Below are positions 54,532-61,695 of a stretch of 64,000 nucleotides of DNA, piece by piece. A program made the position numbers and the translations under genes. Each line of letters starts with the position of its first letter. The first letter of the stretch is position 1. This DNA is from Candidatus Bathyarchaeia archaeon (lineage in GTDB: Archaea > Thermoproteota > Bathyarchaeia > 40CM-2-53-6), in the NCBI GenBank assembly GCA_050012795.1, contig JBEKGM010000005.1, positions 21,574-85,573 of the forward strand. Reading direction: 5' to 3'. The notes under the pieces are model-generated. The model did not search any database. It was not told the DNA's origin and was given only the letters and a program-made list of their open reading frames with translations.

Positions 54532-56109
54532 ATGGACGAGCCCGTACGTGCCGAGTCTGAGCACTTAATCAATGCTCGATTTGTGTCCTACCTCTCTGAT
54601 GAATCCGGTTTCGGCCCAGGGAAAGCCTCCATCTTGTTCATTCCGAACAGTGAATTCCAAGTGGCTCAGTTTCTGAAAGAGATGAATGAGAAGAGGATCC
54701 CAGTCACAATATCGGGAGGACGCACTGGGATTGTTGCAGGAGCCGTCCCCGAAGGGGGTGCCTTGCTCTCGCTGGATAATATGAATGAAATTACCGCTAT
54801 CAAGTGGGATGAGCAGAGCAAAGAGTGGCGACTCACGTGTCAACCTGGAATTAGACTTAGAGATCTGCAGCAGAAGATAACAACAAAGAACTTTGGGAGA
54901 GAGACTCACGATGCTGAATGGAAAGATCTTCCGCGGTTCTTGAACGATCCCTCTCAGTACTTCTATCCTCCCGACCCAACCGAGGACACTGCTTCACTGG
55001 GAGGGACTGTTGCAACTGATGCGTCGGGAGCAAGAACATACTTCTACGGACGCACGCGTGAACACGTCAGAGCCATCCGAATTGTCTTACCAAACGGAGA
55101 GGTACTCGATCTGCGGCGAGGCGAACATCTTACGGACTCGAAGAGCACGATTCGGCTGGGTCACCTTGACGGCACTACGACTGACATACCATTGCCGAAG
55201 TACGAGCGGCCGAACGTCAAGTGTGCAACTGGCTACTACAGTAAGATGAACATGGATCTGCTCGACCTTTTCATCGGATCAGAAGGCACGCTTGGAGTGA
55301 TAACATCCATCGAAATCGCGTTGAAGAAGAAGCCGCAAACAGCGATGTTCTTAGCTTTCTTTTCTTCAATTGACGATGCGATTGCATTTGTCATGCAAGT
55401 TCGCTCGACAGCGCGAAATAGTGACAAAATGGCAGTTTACTCATTGGAGTACCTAGATTCCAACTCACTCAGACTCTTACACGAGATCAACGAAGATGGA
55501 AAACTGGGGATGAAATTACCCACGAACAGGGCGGCAGCCATCTTGTCAGAATTTCAGTCCACAGAAACCGCTATTGAACTCCTCATTGAATACCTTCAGT
55601 TACACCATTCACCTGTAGACGAAACAATTAGCGGTATCGACGAACGCGACAAAGAGCGATTACGAACCGTGAGACACTCTATCCCTGAGGCAATAAACCG
55701 AATTATTGCCAAGAGGAAAAACGATATTCCAAGATTGCATAAACTAGGAACAGACACAGCTGTGCCAGACGAACGGCTCATCGACATCATAAAGATCTAC
55801 GGTGACCGACTCGTTGAGAGTAAGCTGGAGCACTTCGTGATCGGCCACATTGCGGAGAACCATCTTCATGTCAACATTCTTCCCCGTTCTCTTCCAGAAC
55901 TGGAGAGAGGTGAGCAACTTGTACGCATTCTTGCACAGGACGCGGTCGATATGGGCGGGGTGGTTTCAGCCGAGCACGGGATAGGAAAGATGAAACGGAA
56001 CTTTTTGGGAATAATGTTCCAAGACGAAGAGATCGAAGGAATGATATCTACAAAACGCGCAATTGACCCCAACTGGATCCTTTGCAGAGGAAATATCTTC
56101 AGCGAATGA
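54532..56109 (+). CDS. FAD-linked oxidase (GlcD / D-lactate dehydrogenase-like)
   Basis: PCMH-type FAD-binding region (PVTISGGRTGIVAGAVP, LFIGSEGTLGVITS) and C-terminal SAEHGIGK. Confidence 0.85.
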   Translation: MDEPVRAESEHLINARFVSYLSDESGFGPGKASILFIPNSEFQVAQFLKEMNEKRIPVTISGGRTGIVAGAVPEGGALLSLDNMNEITAIKWDEQSKEWRLTCQPGIRLRDLQQKITTKNFGRETHDAEWKDLPRFLNDPSQYFYPPDPTEDTASLGGTVATDASGARTYFYGRTREHVRAIRIVLPNGEVLDLRRGEHLTDSKSTIRLGHLDGTTTDIPLPKYERPNVKCATGYYSKMNMDLLDLFIGSEGTLGVITSIEIALKKKPQTAMFLAFFSSIDDAIAFVMQVRSTARNSDKMAVYSLEYLDSNSLRLLHEINEDGKLGMKLPTNRAAAILSEFQSTETAIELLIEYLQLHHSPVDETISGIDERDKERLRTVRHSIPEAINRIIAKRKNDIPRLHKLGTDTAVPDERLIDIIKIYGDRLVESKLEHFVIGHIAENHLHVNILPRSLPELERGEQLVRILAQDAVDMGGVVSAEHGIGKMKRNFLGIMFQDEEIEGMISTKRAIDPNWILCRGNIFSE

Positions 56110-56164
56110 GAGCTCGAAGAAGATATGGCCTTCAGACCGAAGAAGTAAGAGGCAGGATCACTAA

Positions 56165-57013
56165 ATGGACATAAACTACGCCGAAAAAATCGCAGAGGAA
56201 TTATGGGACCTAGACGTGACTCCCTGGAAGAAACACTGGGTCCCCATTTTTCGACAATTCTCCCAAGAACTCATCCGCATCGCAAAGCTCAGCCCAGGAC
56301 AACTCATCCTAGACGTCGGTACAGGCACAGGCATTGCTGCCTTCGAAGCCGCGAAACGAATCGAACGCGGATTCGTGATAGGAATAGACCGTTCACCGAA
56401 AATGATCAGCGCAGCCCGCGCAAACAACGAAAAGAACAAACTTCGAAACGTATTCTTCATTGACATGAACGGAGGCCACATGCTCTTCCCGGATAGGCTA
56501 TTCGCTCGAGTTCTATCAAATTGTGGAATCTCACCCGGCACATTTCCGCAAACAAGTAGAGATATTTTCAGGGTGCTACGCGATGACGGTACGTTGATCC
56601 TTAGTGATTGGCACTTAATTGATGTACCTCCTCACAGGACTTTTAGCGAAATCCTACGAAGGTACAGAACGGATAGTCCGTCTCGAAAACTGGGTAGATG
56701 GCGTGAAGCGCTTGCCATTTTAGAGCGCGTCGGAAATCAATATGGCGATTCTGAAAGAGCAGTATTGCAAAGAGCAGGGTTCAAGAGAATAACTGAACGA
56801 ACAAAGAACTTTCAGATAGTTCTTCCGAGCATGCAAGCCTACTTGAAAATGAGGTTCGAGAGAATTGCACTTAGACAAGAACTCCTCGAATTGTCTCCAA
56901 GTCGTCGGCGCGAGCTCCTAACGGAGCTAAAAAGAAGTTTAGCAATGCACATACACAACGGACAATTCACATTCAAGTGGAACGTACGTTTCATTTCAGC
57001 TGCAAAACGATGA
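56165..57013 (+). CDS. class I SAM-dependent methyltransferase
   Basis: Motif I ILDVGTGTGIAA. Confidence 0.85.
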   Translation: MDINYAEKIAEELWDLDVTPWKKHWVPIFRQFSQELIRIAKLSPGQLILDVGTGTGIAAFEAAKRIERGFVIGIDRSPKMISAARANNEKNKLRNVFFIDMNGGHMLFPDRLFARVLSNCGISPGTFPQTSRDIFRVLRDDGTLILSDWHLIDVPPHRTFSEILRRYRTDSPSRKLGRWREALAILERVGNQYGDSERAVLQRAGFKRITERTKNFQIVLPSMQAYLKMRFERIALRQELLELSPSRRRELLTELKRSLAMHIHNGQFTFKWNVRFISAAKR

Positions 57014-57019
57014 AAATGA

Positions 57020-57460
57020 TCACGAAGATTCAGCTATTTGAGGGGCGAATCGAGCCGCCCAAGACACGATTTTCGTGCAGCGTTCCAAGTGAACCCGTGC
57101 TTGGTATGCTGCTCTACCCTCCTCCGTCTTCAGGTCCAACCCTGTAAGCTCACGACATTTGCATGTACCAAATTCCTTGACGAAAGCTGAGTAGAACCGG
57201 TCCACCGCCCTGTAACATCGATCACGACTCTCTTCAGCAGAATTTCGTCCCACAGCTAATCCGATTCGCATAATTCCGCCGGTTAATGCTCCGCACACGT
57301 CGCCATTTCTGCTCAGACCACCACCAAAACCCGTAGCAACTCTTGGAATGACAGTTTCGACCTTGCCAAGTAACACATCTTGAGTGGTGGCAAGTAGGAC
57401 AGCCTCCGCGCAGTTGTACCCAGAATTGAACAGACGCGTCGCGTTATTCTCAGGAGTCAT
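57020..57460 (-). CDS. C_GCAxxG_C_C family protein
   Basis: GYNCAEAVLLA, CGALTGG and the C-terminal Cys pair CKC...C. Confidence 0.8.
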   Translation of the reverse strand: MTPENNATRLFNSGYNCAEAVLLATTQDVLLGKVETVIPRVATGFGGGLSRNGDVCGALTGGIMRIGLAVGRNSAEESRDRCYRAVDRFYSAFVKEFGTCKCRELTGLDLKTEEGRAAYQARVHLERCTKIVSWAARFAPQIAESS

Positions 57461-57527
57461 AGTTCAACTGGGACGCGAAGAACGCAATATACACTCTGCA
57501 TGAGTTTCTTAATGGAAAGACATCAGA

Positions 57528-57716
57528 CTACCGCAAGTCGAGGTCACAATGTACACATGGCCTGTATGGGCTCGCTCCACATCGCGTGCAACGTTCACAA
57601 ATCTTGTTCAAGTATGTATAGCAACCGCAGCAGCGTAAATCCAATTCGCTTCCAGCGTCAAGTGAGAAGTTAGAGATGCCGTGCAGATCAGAAACCATTT
57701 CCATTTCACTACTCAC
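57528..57716 (-). CDS. putative Cys-rich microprotein (up to 62 aa), paralog of the ORF at 46232-46360
   Basis: ...RCCGCYTYLNKICERCTRCGASPYRPCVHCDLDLR. It shares CxRCxxCxAxPYxxCxHC with the other locus and sits in an intergenic gap between two minus-strand genes. Confidence 0.45.
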   Translation of the reverse strand: MSSEMEMVSDLHGISNFSLDAGSELDLRCCGCYTYLNKICERCTRCGASPYRPCVHCDLDLR

Positions 57717-57905
57717 CTCTATTCACCTCCATTCAACTGTCACTAAGTAGGAAGTAGTTATACACGAATTTAGGTCAGGGAATCGAATAACATTGAACCT
57801 TATCGTTGGAAGCGCCGTCTGCGCCGCGTTCATGATACTCCCAACACACTGGAATGTCAACTTATCATGTGATAAAGCCTTCTCATCCTGAGGACCCAAA
57901 TCAGC

Positions 57906-58805
57906 CTACGTTATTAAGGCAATCAAGAAACCTGCGCCAAGCAGCAGAATAGTCAACAGAATCATGACCACGTTCAGCCCTAGCGCAGGCACTAAGTTCG
58001 ACGTGTTTTCATATTCTTTCATCACGATGCAAGAGGCTTTGTAAGCAATCGGAAGTGTGAGTAAGGCTACTAGGACGCTTGCTGGGACAAGTCCAAAGAG
58101 AACGGAGCAAACGATCGAGATATATGTTGCAGCGGTTGCAATCACATACAACACTGCGGCGCGCCGCTGACCCAAAAGTATCACTAAATGTTTCCTTCCA
58201 CCGAGTCTATCGGCCTCGACATCTGGAAATTCATTAAGGAAAAGTAACAGACCGACTAGTATTGTGACAGGAATGAAAATAGCTAAGGCGACACAATCCA
58301 CATTCCCAGTCTGCGTGACGTAAACCCCGAGACCCATGACTCCGAAACCAGATCCAGCAACGATCTCACTCAGTGCATGAATTCTCGAAATAATCGGTGT
58401 ATAAAATACGATGGCAATTGTTCCATAGACGACCAAGGGCAAAAGAACGAAAAAGAAGAGCGTGAGAAAGTAAACACCGATTGCCCCTGCAACAGCGAGA
58501 CACATGATGGCGACCAGTAACGCAGAGGAACCCTTCATCTTTCCCTTTACGAGGACCTCTACGCCTCCACTGAACGGGGTCTTCACAGTTCTGGAATCAA
58601 TCAATGATTTATAATCGAAATAATTATTGAAGGCGTTCACGGAGGCATGCAACAACAAAGCCGCGAAAAGAACCACAACCGCGTTAACGACGCTGAAGGT
58701 TCTATGAGAATAGAAAGCTGCAGACAGGTTCGTTACAACAATCACGACAGTGAGCGGAAGAAAATTGGCCCGAGTGATTGATATCAGGTTGTTCAAGACA
58801 ATCAC
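57906..58805 (-). CDS. UbiA-family aromatic/isoprenoid prenyltransferase
   Basis: About 9 TM segments; Asp-rich motifs NNYFDYKSLID and NEFPDVEADRLGGRKHL. Confidence 0.85.
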   Translation of the reverse strand: MIVLNNLISITRANFLPLTVVIVVTNLSAAFYSHRTFSVVNAVVVLFAALLLHASVNAFNNYFDYKSLIDSRTVKTPFSGGVEVLVKGKMKGSSALLVAIMCLAVAGAIGVYFLTLFFFVLLPLVVYGTIAIVFYTPIISRIHALSEIVAGSGFGVMGLGVYVTQTGNVDCVALAIFIPVTILVGLLLFLNEFPDVEADRLGGRKHLVILLGQRRAAVLYVIATAATYISIVCSVLFGLVPASVLVALLTLPIAYKASCIVMKEYENTSNLVPALGLNVVMILLTILLLGAGFLIALIT

Positions 58806-59067
58806 ACTCTTAATTCCAAGTTATGCTGAGCAGGTTGTTACAACGCACGATACCATTATGCCCTAATCGAGTCGTGATGTGAAATTCTTCCACTGCGTAT
58901 CGATTCGTTGCTTGTGTCACATCTATGAAAAGATAACGACTAACTTCGCGGGACTGGACCGAGAACCTCATAATGTTCGAATTGCCTCTTGAAGCATATG
59001 GTGATGATTCCTGTCCGGTCTCAGTGAGGAACGGATTAAGTCAATTGTTGACGAGAGATTCAAGCCC

Positions 59068-59196
59068 ATGAAATGCCCTAGATGCGGAAAATCAATTTGG
59101 GAGATTGGGAATATTCACATGCCTGACAGAACGATGAAGATGTTGAACCTGCGAATAATCAGATGTACATCCTGCAGTTACACGTCTGAATGGTAG
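59068..59196 (+). CDS. putative zinc-ribbon microprotein (42 aa)
   Basis: My translation: MKCPRCGKSIWEIGNIHMPDRTMKMLNLRIIRCTSCSYTSEW*. It has CPRCG...CTSC, lies in an intergenic gap, and is below the ORF-track size cut-off. Confidence 0.35.
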   Translation: MKCPRCGKSIWEIGNIHMPDRTMKMLNLRIIRCTSCSYTSEW

Positions 59197-59205
59197 CAGA
59201 ATTTA

Positions 59206-60060
59206 CTACGGATGACTTGAATTCTGTGTGAGCCTGCAGCGTCCGTAAAGCGCTTGCCGAATACTCCTCACCAGAAGATAGTTGCTCCCAACCAGAATCA
59301 CAAACGTCAATCCAACAAACCAAGGTTGATAGATCGCTAGAGTCATGGCCAATGCTTCTGTTCCCGCAGTCTGTATGAGATTCCCTAAGAATAGCCCGGC
59401 GCAGGTAGGACATGCAGTAAACAATCCTATGATTGCTCCGAATCCCCCAACCCAGCGAAGGCCGACGCCTTTCGGTTTGTTGTCAAACGTGAAGCGCCCT
59501 AACGCAACATTATGCCCGACCAGCAAAGAGACGACTATCATCAGTATCACATTCATTGGAATCAGTAACAACCCGAGATGATTGGTTAAATACACAGTGA
59601 AGATTGGAATGAAGCCTGGTCCATCGCAGCAGACGGTCGTCACAATGGAAGGAATATTGACGAAATAATCTGCTGCAAAATTCCGATCTGGCCGATAGAT
59701 GATGATACTAGACACAGCGGCGTAGAATAACCCGTACAGGATGGCAGAGATTAGTAGTGTGCGTAAGTATCTTCGAGTCCCGAGAATTTTGCCCACGAGC
59801 GATGTGAGAGATGGCGAACTATTTTGCACAGATGCGTATGAGCCCAAGAACAGCTTGATCCCGAGTAGTGAAGCACACAATCCGACTATGGATAAACTGA
59901 ACGTTAAGTAGGCTAGCAACTTCAGTGCATGCAACACCGGATTCGTAAATACCTTAACGGATGATGCGAGCAGCCAGTAGATCATGAGAGAACTCCCAAC
60001 GGTCAATATACCGAGCATAACATTGATGGCCCCAGTCTTATGCTCGCGGCGGGTTGACAT
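59206..60060 (-). CDS. polytopic membrane protein with CCDGPG and CPTCAG motifs (uncharacterised)
   Basis: 284 aa with about 6-7 TM segments. It starts 16 nt after the radical SAM gene's stop. Confidence 0.7.
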   Translation of the reverse strand: MSTRREHKTGAINVMLGILTVGSSLMIYWLLASSVKVFTNPVLHALKLLAYLTFSLSIVGLCASLLGIKLFLGSYASVQNSSPSLTSLVGKILGTRRYLRTLLISAILYGLFYAAVSSIIIYRPDRNFAADYFVNIPSIVTTVCCDGPGFIPIFTVYLTNHLGLLLIPMNVILMIVVSLLVGHNVALGRFTFDNKPKGVGLRWVGGFGAIIGLFTACPTCAGLFLGNLIQTAGTEALAMTLAIYQPWFVGLTFVILVGSNYLLVRSIRQALYGRCRLTQNSSHP

Positions 60061-60076
60061 ACCGAGCCGCCATGCT

Positions 60077-61558
60077 TCACGATATTACTACGGGGTTAGC
60101 TAGCTTTCTCTCGATCGCTTCTCTATGAATACTGTTCATCGTGCAGAATGGGATTATTCGACCATCGGGGAGACCATAATGAATCCCGCAGCGTTGCACT
60201 CTTTCAAGGTCGAAGTTGTACGGGTCCATAAAATGCATTGCACCAATCATTATCACTTGCCGCATTAACCGTCCGAGCGCGTCGTAAGTTCCCTCTCGAA
60301 CTACACCGCTCACTAATGGCCTAACCACTTTCAGATTGAGGTGTTTGAAGCTTTGCACCATTTTCAACTTCGCTCGAATAGTGTGACCAGCTTTGGCTAA
60401 TTCAGCCACATCGTTCATGCTGCTCATGAAGGCATCAACATCAGCATATCTTGTGATAGGGGTTATCCGACCGTTCTCAACGAACACGAAGGTGGCCATA
60501 CCACAGTGCTCATGCATCGTAAATTCCGGAAATCTCGTTCCTTTCAATGCCCCAACAGCTCGAGCAAATGGGACGACGAATGGAACTGGCAGAAAATCAC
60601 CTCGCCGAATCTGCCCATCCGTTTGTTCTTCAACTAATCTCATGAAGTCAGGGATTGTTATTCGGTACTCGGCGAGTTTGTTGCGATCAATCCTTCCAGT
60701 CACAGAGACAGGTTGGACGTTGACACATCGTATTACGCCATGATTCTTTGCAGCGAACTTGACTATTCGACCAAGTTGATTATCATTTACGCCTTTGACG
60801 AGCGTCACTACAAGAATGGCGCTATCATGTCCCAGCGATTTCAGATTCTCAATAGCCCTCAGCTTTGTCGGAAGCAGGTCGAGTCCTCGAGTGATCAAAT
60901 AGGGATCTGATGTTACTCCATCAAATTGTAGGTAGAAACTGGACACATCTGCTGCCTTCAACCTCTTAAGGTATGGAACGTCGTTCGCTATTCGGACGCC
61001 GTTGGTATTCACTTCCACATGGTGAATCCCCTTTGCGTGAGCGTATTCCACAATCTCTGGAAGATCATCCCTCAGCGTTGGTTCTCCACCACTCAACTGA
61101 AGCGCCTTAACTGCCACTGGTTTGTTCGCAGACAAATTATCTATGATGCCTTTTATTACGTCAATACCGAGTTCGTATTCGTATCCAGCAGATGCCGCGT
61201 TTGCGAAGCATATCGGGCATTTCAGGTTGCATCGATTTGTCACGTCAATAATTGATAGGATTGTCTGAGATTTATGATTCTGACAAATTCCGCAATCGTA
61301 TGGGCATCCGTTCACTGTTTGAGTTCGCGGATTCTCAAGCCCATCCCCTACAACCGCGTACTTCCGAGCACGTTGCCATTGATCGAAATCTGACCAATAC
61401 AGATCCTTATACTCACCGTGACGGGGACAGGACTTGCGCATAACCACCATTCCCGCCTCTTCGCTCAGCTTCCCCTGAATCACCGCATGGCATTCTGGGC
61501 ATATACTTGACACGGCTTTCAGAAAATTCTCCATATGATCGCATCCCAAATATACCAT
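60077..61558 (-). CDS. radical SAM protein, MJ0619 / tetraether lipid synthase (Tes, GDGT-MAS)-like
   Basis: N-terminal ICPECHAVI...CPRHGEYKDLYWSD. Auxiliary Cys GCPYDCGICQNH, rSAM box TNRCNLKCPICF, SGGEPTL, then NVQPVS and HCGMATF. From memory, this layout matches the class-D rSAM/Tes family. Confidence 0.7.
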   Translation of the reverse strand: MVYLGCDHMENFLKAVSSICPECHAVIQGKLSEEAGMVVMRKSCPRHGEYKDLYWSDFDQWQRARKYAVVGDGLENPRTQTVNGCPYDCGICQNHKSQTILSIIDVTNRCNLKCPICFANAASAGYEYELGIDVIKGIIDNLSANKPVAVKALQLSGGEPTLRDDLPEIVEYAHAKGIHHVEVNTNGVRIANDVPYLKRLKAADVSSFYLQFDGVTSDPYLITRGLDLLPTKLRAIENLKSLGHDSAILVVTLVKGVNDNQLGRIVKFAAKNHGVIRCVNVQPVSVTGRIDRNKLAEYRITIPDFMRLVEEQTDGQIRRGDFLPVPFVVPFARAVGALKGTRFPEFTMHEHCGMATFVFVENGRITPITRYADVDAFMSSMNDVAELAKAGHTIRAKLKMVQSFKHLNLKVVRPLVSGVVREGTYDALGRLMRQVIMIGAMHFMDPYNFDLERVQRCGIHYGLPDGRIIPFCTMNSIHREAIERKLANPVVIS

Positions 61559-61695
61559 TAAACCTTGGACCGTGAGTTCGCTCCACCTAAACTTTGGTTA
61601 TGTACAATGTAGAGAGTAATTTCTTACAGGTTATACGGCTACTCGGAAAAGATTACCTATGTGCAATAACATGTTGCAGCCTCGGTAACGAGCAC

